Positions 1 through 12,090 of a stretch of DNA of 64,000 nt are shown here, piece by piece. This DNA is from Eledone cirrhosa (lineage: Eukaryota): positions 25,544,001 through 25,608,000 of the forward strand of contig OZ024746.1 in assembly GCA_964016885.1 (NCBI GenBank). The letters are read 5' to 3'. Position numbers and translations under genes: made by a program. Under the pieces are notes generated by a model. That model ran no database searches. It was not told the origin of the DNA and worked only from the letters and a program-made list of their open reading frames with translations. Position 1 is the first letter of the stretch. Every line of letters begins with the position of its first letter.

Positions 1-411
1 ATATTTTTTTATCCCGTTTGTAAAATAAGTTGGATTACTTTGAATAATTTATCTACTAAATTTCGTTATTCTTGATTAAATATAAATAATATTGTTGCTT
101 AATTTAAGATTCACTTCTTCAACATTTTCAAATGTCAACACTTCCGGTTAGCGGTCGCTTAAATAAACATGTATATATTTCCGTCACTAATTTTCTCCTA
201 ATGTAGTTTATATATAATATCGTCTTTTTTTTAGTGTATCATGAATTACGTTACTGATTACAGGAGACAGTGTAACGCAGTCTTCGTTCAATTTCTGTGT
301 ATATTGTCAATTACGATTTTATTTGATGTATCATATATACTTGCGTATAATATCAATATGCACATTACACATGCTATCAGAAAACCACTCTTAGGGTGGG
401 TTTTCTGCTAG
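1..411 (+). mobile_element. 3' part of a Helitron-like non-autonomous element
   Basis: Ends in hairpin CAGAAAACC..GGTTTTCTG followed by CTAG (408-411) then T; inverted homologue of the element end at 2228-2500. Confidence 0.55.
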
Positions 412-789
412 TTTCGTATAACTTAGGAGTTCAGCAAAAAGAAATTGATACAATAAGTACTAGACTTGAAAAAAATAAGTATTGAGGTTAGTAATTGACT
501 TTAAGTCAGCGACCTAGTATGACTGCATTTTAATAACTGAAACCAGTAAAAGAATAATATATTCTGTAAATATTTATGAACTTAATTTAGTCATGTCTGT
601 TAATCAATCATTTTGTTTGAATTCTTTTACATTCGCAATAGATCAGATGATATTTAATACTAGCTGCCTAGATTCTCTGCAATTTTATTTTATTAACTTG
701 ATCTACCAGTTTGGTTCGGTGTCAATAACTGGTTGTGCTGGAATTAAAAGCTTTGTAGACAGCAAGTCACCAGATATACTGGCAAGCAG

Positions 790-1150
790 GAACTCTGACC
801 TTTCTGCGTATGACAAACAACAATGGTGATTGATGGCCTGAGGTTGTCTGACAATATCAAGGACTGGCAGAGACCAGTGGTTATTGCTGACTACCAGAGC
901 TGGTCTGACAACATCAAGGATTGGACAGTTCTCAAAACTGTGACCTTTCTGTGTATGATGGAGTACAAAGATTGGTAGTGATCGCTGATGGCCAGAGCTG
1001 GTTTGACACGATTAAAGACTGGACAGGTCAAAACACTGATCATTCTAGGTGTGACAGAGTTCAGAGATCTGACTACCAGAGATGGTCTGACAACATCAAG
1101 GACTCGACAGATCACAATACGGTGATCCTTCTGTGTATGACAGATTGTAT
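790..1150 (+). repeat. Degenerate tandem repeat derived from an RTE LINE 3' end
   Basis: Recurring TCTGACAACATCAAGGA and TGACCTTTCTGTGTATGA words; translation gives WSDNIKD / WFDTIKDWTG, an RTE C-terminal motif. Confidence 0.55.
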
Positions 1151-2540
1151 GTCCCCCCCTCCCTCACCATCACCACATGTTTGCCCTCCTTCTATCACCA
1201 CTATATGCTTATTCTCCACACCACCCACCTCCCATCATCACTACAGTGTCTGCTCCTTCTCCAACTATCACTACATGCTTGTCCCCCACCATAACTAGTG
1301 TTTCTACCCCAGCCTTGCTCCTATCATCAATACATGTCTACCTCTACCCCCTTCCTACCATAACTACAGTGTCTCATGTTCGTTATTTAGTAATTTCATA
1401 CTATGTAATAGAAAGCAGTCAACTTTAGCTATAACAAGCAGTGGTACCCGGCGTTGCAAGGGATAAGGTATTTTGGAAGGCAGGCCGCCAACAGACCTAA
1501 TCGTGGAAAAACTGCATGCCTGGACAATATGTAAAGAAAATAAACCGAATACTCTGATGGCTGGATAATCTTTAAGATTTTCCTCGATGAAGCAGGAAAA
1601 ATGCAGGTTTTCACATAATGTGGGCTCTAAGGGATCAAGAAAATGAATTTTTTTATGTGCATAATGCCTTGAAATTTCGAGACGTAACGCCTCCAAAAAG
1701 CCCTAAAAAGCTGAACAAATGAAGTTTTTCACCTAATGCGGGCCCTAGGCCATAAAAAAGTTGGATTTTCTTTGCTCACGGTATGAAGAAGAGACTGATT
1801 AATACATAGTTACAATTTCAAGGAAATTGGTCTGACGTAACGCCTCAAAAGACCCTAAAAAGCTTAAAAAACATCGGTTGGGTACTTCTCGAGTTTTAGG
1901 GATTCAAACTCAGACACACACACACAGACAGACATCCTCAGGGAAGTAACGTAATGCAGACAGCCAGACATACAGACAGATATTATAAGGGCGCGACGTT
2001 ATATGTATGTATCTATCTAAAAAGAGAAAGACTAAGAATTAAAGAGAGAGATCGCTAAATCGCCTAATGTGGTCCCTAGGGCATTGAACATTTGCTCAGA
2101 ACACTCCCTGAAACATAAGTATTACATGTGTAAAGTTTGAAAACAGTCCGTTGGGTGGTTCTCGAGTTTTAGGGATTCAAACTCACACACACACACAGAC
2201 AGACATCCTCAGTTTTATATATATAGACTAGCAGAAAACCACCCGGAGGGCGGTTTTCTGCTAGCAAATATAGTGTATATACTGATATTGTTGAGATTTG
2301 GATGAGAAATGTTTTCGGCACCACATGTTCACCGTCTCTCGGTGTGTCTTTTATGCATGTATAAATATATATGTTATCTATACGGTGAAATCTTTGAAAT
2401 AAATATATGTTAAAACGAAAAAGGAGAAAAAGAGATTAGTGACAGAAATATAAACGTTATGATACATAAACGTTATGATATAACGATGGAAATATATAAA
2501 CGTTTACGATAAAACGATGGAAATAGAAACGTTTATATAT

Positions 2541-2632
2541 AATTGTTTCCACTTTAGGCACAAGGCCAGCAATTACCCAGTGCATTACTGGTACTTCACT
2601 TTATCGACCCCGTAAGGATGAAAGGCAAAGTC
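2541..2632 (-). mobile_element. 5'-truncated tRNA-derived SINE with target-site duplication
   Basis: SINE tail ACTGGTACTT..ATCGACCCCGTAAGGATGAAAGGCAAAG flanked by direct repeat AACGTTTATATATAAT (about 2528 and 2633). Confidence 0.75.
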
Positions 2633-3077
2633 AACGTTTATATATAATGATAAGTCGAAACACTCGTAAAGCGAAACGTATAAATAAAGATTAATGTAAT
2701 GAATTTGAAAAGCATAGAGATTTGAAACCGCGTCTATTTGTTTCCTTGGCATTTTTTACAGACGGACAGACAGACAAACAAACAGAGAAATGCCCATTAT
2801 ATATTATAAGTAGACTTGGCATGGTGTCAAGTCAGAACCGCCTCGAACTGGTTACTTCTGGCTTGTGCAAGGTGTCTCTATAGCAACCAGCGATTCCCTC
2901 GGCCTCAGTGACCAAAGTCAGTGGAGAGGGGAAGGTAATGTTTCTATAGCGACAGTGTTTCTCTTGGTAGTACCAAAGTGGAGAAAGGATGGGGAAGGTA
3001 ATATTTCTGTAGCACCTACATTTGAGTTTTAGGGAAGGACAGACAGACAGACAGACAAACAGACAGAGAAATGCCCA

Positions 3078-3390
3078 TATATTTCTGTGTGTGTATATAT
3101 ATATATTACACACACAGAAATGTATATATATTTCTGTGTGTATATATATATACATTTCTGTGTGTGTAATATATATATATATACACACAGAAATATATAT
3201 ATATATATATTACACACACAGAAATGTATATATATTTCTCTGTGTGTATATATATATATATATTACACACACAGAAATGTATATATATTTCTGTGTGTAT
3301 ATATATATATATATTACACACACAGAAATGTATATATATTTCTCTGTGTATATATATATATATTACACACACACAGAAATCTATATATGT
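3078..3390. repeat. Compound (TA)n/(CA)n minisatellite
   Basis: Repeated TATATTTCTGTGTGTATATA..TTACACACACAGAAATG units; source of many spurious ORFs. Confidence 0.9.
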
Positions 3391-3559
3391 TTCTGTAGCA
3401 CTCCTCAATCCCCCCCCCTCTCTCCCTCCCGCTATCCCCCTCTTGTAGTCTGTCTCTTTCTTTCACTCTCACTCTCTCTCTACGCTTCGTACGCGCGCAC
3501 GTGTTTCCACTGTCGGACAGACAGACAGATAAATTGCTGGTTATATATTATAAGGAGAT

Positions 3560-3745
3560 AATTGTTTCTACTTTTTGGCACAAGGCTAGCACTTATAACA
3601 GTGCATTACTGGTACTTTATTTTATCGACCCCATAAGGATGAAAGGCAAAGTTAACCTCGGCGGGATTTGAACTCAACTGTAAAGGGCCGTAACTCTTTG
3701 CTGCAAAGCATAGCGTCCGACCCTCTACCGATACGGCCAATCCAC
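3560..3745 (-). mobile_element. tRNA-derived SINE, near full length
   Basis: Family consensus with B box (GAGTTCAAATCCC on the minus strand). Confidence 0.8.
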
Positions 3746-4099
3746 GGGGTACAGTAAATGGCGAGTGGCCTACTGATTAGGACGTTGAACAAAAGATCAT
3801 ACAGTCATAGGTTCAATTTCTGACCGGTTTCTGTGTTGCGATCTTAATCAAAATGCTTCATTTTATATTGATTTTCGTGATAGAACTGGGGCAGCTACCA
3901 TTAAAGCGCACAAAATAAGTGTCTATCTCTTATGAGATAACTCATAGGAGGCCAGCTAAACCTGCATTAGTGTGAACTGTAACAACGTGATATCTAAAAT
4001 TTATATTGAGAAAAAACAAGAAGAAATTGAAGGAGAAGACATTCATACACCACAACAAAGGACGCTAGAGTTTCCCTCTAATATTTGTTTAGGTAAGCC

Positions 4100-4440
4100 A
4101 GCGCACAGCATTACTGTGGGGAATAGCATGGCTATGACCCTGGAACAGCCAAGCACCACCGCGTGTATAACCTAATATGTCGGTAAGGTGAGCCGCCAAT
4201 AATGACAATAACTTGTCGGTGGCCCAGCGCCCCAAATGTCTCGAAAGTTTCAAGATAATGATAAAAATAGTTTGCCGGTAATTCTTGATCAATATCCAGG
4301 ATGTGGGAAGGACAAAGAGTAAGACCATCTGGTCTCTTCCCGTTATCCCTGGACAATCCGACTGGCTCTAGAATTGAAGGGGTATTTACTAGAGCCAGAG
4401 TGCACTTGATAATTTGGTTCTGCTTGATATGGTGAACGAA
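4100..4440 (-). mobile_element. CRE-like non-LTR retrotransposon fragment (REL endonuclease), degenerate
   Basis: EPVGLSRDNGKRPDGLTL.P and ETFGALG motifs in shifted frames. Confidence 0.65.
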
Positions 4441-5268
4441 GCAGCCAGCATTATAAACATGCATTGATATATACAAATATATATTCACGTTTCTATTTAT
4501 ATACTTAAATATCGGCACTTATATTTATATAATTCGTCATCAACAAGAAAAAGTTCTTAGACAAATAAATGCTCAGAAATTCTGGAAGAATACGTTTCCG
4601 TAAAATTTGAAATTGAAATGCGGCTTCTTTAATTTTTAAAGAATGAAAACATTTTTCCTTATGCAAATAACATATTTACACTCCTATAAACGTAACGTAC
4701 TATCTTATTTGCATTGAAAGCATCGTGGGGGGTGGGGGGTGTTTAGAAACTATAATTGCTTTCAAAATTTACACACACTGCTTTCATTATGCATGCATTG
4801 TACCGTATCTCCTAAGGCTGTCGTAGAGGCACCCTATTTATATACTGCGTTTCTATTACATTTTAAAACCTGGCGGAGCCCAATGCTTTCCAGGTCTGAA
4901 TACACCAGATTCCTTCTAGAGAAAGATAGGAAGTGAGAGAATGGAAGTGAGAAAGAGATATAGAGGAAGAGTCGGCCTCAGTACTTGACTGGTACTTTTT
5001 TATCGACCTCGAATGGATTATAGAAACTATTAAAAATGCTGTCGTGAATTAACATTAAATTCTGCAATAGGGCCATGATTTTTCTAAATATATTGAATTG
5101 ACTGCCCCAGCTAATCCAGAAATAACATCTCTCTTTATTTTTATATTTTAAAGATGTTTCATTTTATCATTAGTGTCCACCGGATTAATAAAATTGGTTA
5201 CTGCTAATTTGAGGATTTGGGTGAGGATAAACAATGTTTCGAGTAGTCCTACACAACACACATATATC

Positions 5269-5709
5269 ACTAGACATGAAAAATGTGCAAGCTCAAAAGA
5301 GCCACAGAATGTTATAATAAACCTTCAAAAGTGTGGGACTAGAGTTGTTACTAAAAAATATTGTAATCATTATCTATCGTACACTCTGTGGCATCCTTTA
5401 TAAATATATCACAATAAATACATCTATTTTTAATAACTGTTTCTACTTTAGGCACAAGGCCAGCAATTACCTAGTGCATTACTGGTACTTTATTTTACAT
5501 CTATGTTTAATAATATTACGTAATTATTTATAGCTGTTATTACATTAAACATAGATGTATTTATTGTGATATTTTTATAAAGGATGCCACAGGGTGTACG
5601 ATAGATAATGCTTACAATATTTTTGAGTAACAACTCTAGTCCCACACTTTTGAAGGTTTATTATAACATTCTGAGGCTCTTTTGAGCTCGCACATTTTTC
5701 ATGTCTAGT
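5269..5709. repeat. Fold-back element (about 160-bp arms) with a SINE fragment inserted near the centre
   Basis: 5269-5430 is the reverse complement of about 5548-5709 with about 6 mismatches; SINE piece 5437-5496 flanked by ACATCTAT(T/G)TTTAATAA duplication. Confidence 0.85.
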
Positions 5710-5779
5710 TTAATATTTTTTTAAGGCAACGCTTATAATAACTCTAGTTAAACATAATATATATTAATAATAAATTATC

Positions 5780-6882
5780 GTTGTAATGTAATTAGATTAT
5801 ATAATTGTTATTATAAATGATCTTATAAATATTAGTGTAAGATGTATAAAAATATTTTCAGACTTTTAATATAAACAACAACAAAAAACAATCAATATTA
5901 AATCAATATATTATACATAATAGAAAACAAAATAAATAAACAATATAAAAATAAAATATTTACATACAATTGCAATTATCAGTCTATATAAATTTTCTTT
6001 ATTCCCTGAGTAAATTAATGAGATTTATTCTTATTGCACATAATTTGATGACTTCTTGGAGTGTATTAAAAGATAACAACAATTTGTGATTAAATTGTTA
6101 TCTTAAGCAACTCTCTTTTTAATAGTTGTTGGCTGAGCGAAATTGGAAAAGCCTATGAGCAAATATTTAAAAAAATACACAAACTATATTTCCCTGTATT
6201 GTTGCAACATTAGATAAAATAATTGAGCTATGTCGTGAGATTCTGCTCTTATTGCACATTAATAGTGTTTCTATTTTTCGGCACCAAGCCATTACCGCAG
6301 TCCATTACTGGTACTTTATTTTATCGAACTGGTAAGGATGAAAGGCAAAGTTAACCTCGACGGGATTTGAACATAGAACGCAAAGGGCCATAACAATGCT
6401 GCAAAGCATGGTGTCTGACGCTCTACCAATACTTGTGTTGAGCTGGTCACCAATTTGTGGTGGTCGTGCGTGGAGTAGAACAACAAGCGCTAGTCGAAAT
6501 AGTATTAACAAAACATTTTTATTTGTCGAAGAACATATTTTCAATACTGTTTGTGAATGGGCATCTACTTATAGTGACAGTATATTACTGGTACTTTATT
6601 TTATCGACCCCGTAAGGATGAAAGGCAAAGTTAATACTGACAATAATGCAAATGTGTAATAGTGAAAATTTGCGCCTTTTCAATAATTCATCGTCTGATC
6701 ACGTTGCATTAAAGGGAAATAACTCGTCTCAAAACTGTATTTATACATTTTAACTGAAACATCAATATTACACATTCGATTTGAAATTTTTTTCTTTACC
6801 GATCTCTCCGCTGGAGCTTAATCTATAAGTTTAGATGTGTGGCGACCGTTTTAGTAGAGAGACAGACAGACAGACAACCTCA

Positions 6883-6947
<65 letters not shown>

Positions 6948-7560
6948 CAAAGATTTTTAAACGCGTGTGACACAAATTTTTACAATGTTTTTATAAAAAT
7001 TAATTTTACAAATATTTACAAAGTGCAGTTTGTATTACAATCGGAACTCTGCCTATACTCGATTGCAATATATAAAGAGGAACAAGATATAAAGATATAG
7101 CACAAGGGCGCACAAAAATGAGAGATTACAGAACATGAATATACGCTATTTTGAAGTGTTTAAACATTTTTTACAAACAAAAATTTAGAATCGTTTTGTA
7201 CAAACGATAAATTAAAAAATATTTGTACAAACTTTTACGATAGACTTTCATCTTATCTATTGACCGCATAACCCTAACCCTAACGTCAATATATTACATT
7301 TGTTTTAAAAATAGTTAATATAAATTTTAACAAATCATATAACACCGAAATAACAAAAATAAATGAACTAGGAAAACAAACAAAAAAACATAGCGGATGC
7401 TTTTGAGCAACACTTACTCTGATTGGTTGAAATTTAGCCAATGGCATGTAATCACACGGCCACACCTTGAAACAAAAATTGACGATCTACACATATATGT
7501 TAGAACACTAAAGTGACTAAACATCCTGTTGTTAGTCACTTCGTGTCAAACAGATATCAT
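5780..7560 (+). mobile_element. Interrupted copy of an unclassified repeat also present inverted at 19380-20035
   Basis: 5780-5905 is nearly identical to the reverse complement of 19915-20035; 7390-7560 matches the reverse complement of 19380-19580. Confidence 0.6.
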
Positions 7561-7562
7561 TA

Positions 7563-8653
7563 TCTATAAAAAGCAGATTGTTGTTGTGTGTGTGTGCATG
7601 TTCCATGTTTATACATTTGCACAATTTCAAACCGATTCGACTCAAAGTCTGTAAGAATGTTGTAAATGGTCTAACTTACGTCAACGACTATTTATTTCAT
7701 TCAAACTCACCCACAATTACGGAAATAATCGATAAAACTAAATACATGACGCTTTACCCCTCTAATACAATCAGATTAACTCTCTCTACTCCCCTTAAAA
7801 TTCGATAAAACTACATACATGCTTACAAACTTCCTTTAGGAACGTTGAAGAGAGAGCGAAGAGAGTGAGAGGGAGAGAGAGAGAACGTTTGTTTTTGAGT
7901 GTGGAACGGTCAAACATTTATTTACTTCAATGACAAAGAGAACTTATTACATTTCATACGAAACAACAATTATTCAAAAGCAACAGATACATTTTTTTCA
8001 ACAACAAAAAAAATAACGATAAATCTTTTTTAAAACCTCTCAACGAACGTGGAAGAAAGAAGTATCAGCTTATTTACTATAATATCCTCTATGAAGTCAC
8101 TAAACCTGCTAGAAACAGCAGCTAACTCTCCCCCATATCACAGCCCTCCCTACTATCTTAAATTTAGAAAACATATCCTCTATGAGGTCACTAAACCTTC
8201 TAGAAACAGCAGCTAACTCTCCCCCATATCACACCACTCCCTACTGCCTTAAATTTAGAAAACATATCCTCTATGAGGTCACTAAACCTGCTAGGAACAG
8301 CAGCTAACTCTCCCCCATATCACACCCCTCCCTACTGTCTTAAATTTAGAAAACACACATTAGACAACCATGCAGAACAACTCCATCGCAGCTCTGTTGT
8401 TCGGCTGGCATCGTCTACGCGCGTGTTGCGCAAGTACTGTGAAACAATAAATTTCAACACTTCTTTGCACAGAGATAATATCCATAGGCGAAACTACAAT
8501 TGTCACTGCTAGCGCAGCTCCTGCTTCGGCAGTCCAGGTCTGCAATTCATTCACCCAGTGCCTGGCAGACAAAAAAGTGCTGCCATAAAATGGGTGGTGC
8601 AACCTAACTTTGGTAACTTACTGACCCCGAGCAACGCCGGGCTTTAATGCTAG
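7563..8653 (+). mobile_element. Helitron-like non-autonomous element
   Basis: A|TCTATAAAA start, subterminal CCCGAGCAACGCCGGG hairpin, CTAG|T end; contains an internal tandem repeat. Confidence 0.7.
8083..8354. repeat. About 89-bp tandem repeat, 3 copies
   Basis: ATATCCTCTATGA(A/G)GTCACTAAACC..TTAAATTTAGAAAAC repeated three times. Confidence 0.9.
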
Positions 8654-8957
8654 TATAGGATGAAAGTGTAATTACAAATGCAAACAAAATATTTATACAC
8701 CTACACACAACAAAGAAAATAGACAATAACAATTTAAAAAATGGTCAGAGAGAAAAAAGGAAATACAAATACACTCCTTCAATGATTTATCATAACGGAA
8801 TGTCGACGTTTCCATCTAAAAAGTTTTTCAGGCAATCTCAAACATTGATGACATTACTGCCGATGGTAGCGAGGGTGAGGAGGTATTATACACAAGCATC
8901 ATCACCTGTTATTTCAGTAAGACGAGTCACTAAGGGGCGACGTCCATAGAGGAATCG

Positions 8958-9112
8958 TGTGAAGCACCAAAATGTACAATCAATGATGACGGCAACCAAA
9001 AAAATTGATTGGCTGCAATGTGACCTTTTGTGATGGGTGGTGGCATGCTCTTTGTGCCAACATTGAAAACGCAAACATAATAGATGAATTTATGTGTGAG
9101 TCGTGCAAGTAA
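8958..9112 (+). pseudogene. PHD-finger coding relic, probably transposon-derived
   Basis: CEAPKC..IDWLQCD-CDGWWHALC..EFMCESCK* after correcting two +1 homopolymer frameshifts (C4HC3 spacing). Confidence 0.6.
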
Positions 9113-10830
9113 TTCCCATATAGAAAATATATTACGTACAGGAAAGCAGTGACGTAAGGGCTTAAAAATTAATAAATTTATAAATATCGAATCAGACTAG
9201 AGTAACTTGGTTTCCAAAAGGTTTTGTCTGCATGAGCTTTTTTTCGACAAAAGAAGACTGATTAACATCCCTAATTTTTAACCCTAAGTCAATTGAGGGT
9301 TTTTATGAGTGTTTTGCATCTTTGTCACGCTTGACGTTTTCGGTACTGGGTGGGTGGGTCACGTCCAAAACGTCATTTTGACGTTTTGCCTGGCGATTTG
9401 AGTATGGACGTCGCTCCTAACCATAGCAGAAACCTCGTTGTTTGCGACCCACCTCCATATATATATATGGATCTAGTTGTCGAAACGACCGGAGCTTAGC
9501 CGTCGGGGTCGTGAATTTTTTCACATATATATATGTCTGTGTGTGTGCAATAAGTAAAAGACTGCGTGGTCATCGGCCGTCGAAATGGATATATTTTCGA
9601 ACACTACCGCTGGCCCATCCTGAGTCCCAGGGTCAGACAAAATAGTCAAACACCGTCATTTTGAGTATTAAGACGAAAACCAAACAAAATATGTGTATAG
9701 AATAAAATAAAATGTACATTTAAATATTACAATACGTGGCGAAAAGAGAAGTTAGATACAAACACACACACATATATATATACACGCTGACGATTGTAAA
9801 CAGTGATTCTATAAAAATAACAATTTCAGGTTTTAAAATAGAAATTTCACAGATACTTGAAAGATATCCATACTTACTTTGAATGATGAGAGAGAAAGAG
9901 TGAAGGAAGATTGTTACTATATATATATATATGCGCGTGCTGTAACACGTGCAGAAGTAATTATAACTTCGAAGATTAATTAATACTTGTTGCAGTATTG
10001 TGTCAGGCTTCAACAATAATGGTTAGAGTTAGTTTATGCTTTAAGAAGCAAAGAAAAAATAATGTTCGTGTTTGAAAGTGAAGCTCATTGTTTGTTGTCA
10101 ACCCATTATCTGTCAGCTGGACTATTGAAAAACTCAAATCTGTACTGTAAACATATCAGAGTTATCGACCTTGGCTATAAACAATAGTTTGCACTAAAGA
10201 GAATTTGGAATACATCTTGTTGACTTGTAGCCAAAATAGCAAATTTATCTGACTAACTTATTGTAACTTAGAATACTATCTACATCTAAACAAATACTCA
10301 TTCATCATCTCGTAGTTTTATGCCGTAAAAATGAACATATCTGTTTCTGAATATTTAAAGTAAAGGCTAGAACAGAGGAGTATTAAGATTGTATAGGTTC
10401 AGTGGCTGCAAATTTCGTTGAGTAATATTTATGACTGCAGAAAAAAAAATTAGGGTCCTTTAAATATTGTGGGGTTCATGGTTACAGTCAAGTGAGCCCC
10501 ACCACCATTTGTGGTTCATTATGGCTAAGTGGTGAGTCTTGTTATTCTGGAGTTTCACTAGTGTACTCACAGGGTCATCAGACAAGATTAAACTCCAGAG
10601 TAACAAGGTCCACCACTTAGTCATAATAAAGAATATTTAAACTCTACTTCAGTATTGAGTACTCAATCTCACAACTGTCAATATAACATGTGTATATATA
10701 TATATTATATTTATACTCCTACATACAAATGTATGAATTGCATATTGAATAATATATGGGATGGTTATGAAAAATATTTGAAGGCCTTTCGCTGTGAATG
10801 TTTTTAAGGTTGTGACAAACGTTACATACA

Positions 10831-12090
10831 CATCATCATCATCGTTTAACGTCCGTGTTCCACGCTTGCATGGGTTTGGACGGGGGTTTTCCCACTTGAG
10901 GCAAGAGTGATTGTCTTGCTCGCATAGGACTATCTGGCGGGTTTTCTACAGCTGGATGCCCTTCCTAACACCAACCACATTTACAGTGTGGGGCTGGGAG
11001 GTTTTTACCGTGTTGCCTACACGGCCACATTACAGCGTGGACTGTCTGGCAGGTTTTCTACAGCTGGATGCCCTTCCTAACACCAACCACATTTACAGTG
11101 TGGGGCTGGGAGGTTTTTACCGTGTTGCCTACACGGCCACATTACAGCGTGGACTGTGTCTACACGATCTCATTTGTTTCGGCCTGGATGTTGTGGCACC
11201 AACGTAACTTTACATTGAAGGGGCGGTGTGGATGGGGTGGGGGGGTGGTGGGACGGGGGTGTATTTTGTTAGAGATGCCTACTGGCTGTAGTAGGTTTTA
11301 CTTTGTATTTAGGTAAGGCGGGTCTTCTCTATTACTGAGTACCGCCAAAGGTCTCGGTCCAGTGACATTGTCTTGGAGAGGTGTAAGTGTGTGAGGTCAG
11401 AATTTATCAACTCGTCCCAGGTTTTTCTGGGTCTGCCTACTCCGTAGCTACCGTCTATCTTTATTGCCCTGCACTTTGTTATACAGCTGTCGTCTTTCAT
11501 GCGCATCACGTGACCATACCAACGTAGTCTTCTCTCGAGTAAACAACATCTGATCCCTCTTATTTCTAATTTTTTCCTTAGTTCGCTTATGCTTTGCCGT
11601 TCACGTATGTTACTATTACACATCCAGCGGAGCATGCAAGCTTCGTTCCTCTCTAGTCTGCGTATATCCTCTGCACACAATGCCCAGGTCTCACTGCCAT
11701 GCAACATTGCTGTTCGTATGCAGGCATCATACAACCTGCCTTTCATTCTTAGGGAGAACCCTTTAGCGGCTAATAGTGGTATAAGCTCTCTGAACTTTTT
11801 CCATCCAGTTCTGACTCTAGCTACTGTACTTTCAGAGCACCCTCCCCCACTGCTGATTTTGTCGCCCAGGTAATGGAAGCTGTCCACTATTTCTATAGAA
11901 CCATCTGCGCAATTGAAAGAGCTAGTATTTGTGGGCACTTGCTGCTACTTATTGCACCAGAGCACCGGCCACATGTAAAATCTGTTCTTAGTTAGCTTAC
12001 CTGTGATCCCACTACATCTTTTATGCACCCATACTCTGCATTTGGGACATAAAATGGAGTTTCTACCTACGCCTTTCCTACACACTGAGC
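10831..12090 (-). mobile_element. RTE-clade LINE, 5'-truncated
   Basis: 209-aa ORF 11309-11938 (YLGD, GSETWAL, LRWYGHVMRM, GRPRKTW); (GAT)n tail at 10831; 111-bp internal duplication in the 3' UTR. Confidence 0.9.

Larger units (their letters stand above)
1435..3558 (-). mobile_element. Head-to-tail array of three Helitron-like non-autonomous elements (1435-2227, 2228-2814, 2815-3558)
   Basis: Each starts TC on the minus strand followed by TATA/(TCTG)n and ends with a hairpin plus CTAG or a variant (CTTG, CAAG); the array sits between A and T. Confidence 0.6.

Noticed and set aside
3022-3561. Long ORFs in microsatellite DNA (also 15406-15730, 31404-31610, 53404-53785, 55183-55581)
   Set aside because: Low-complexity translation of (TA)n, (CA)n and (GAT)n repeats
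7269-7284. (TAACCC)n telomere-like tract
   Set aside because: Under three units, embedded in a dispersed repeat
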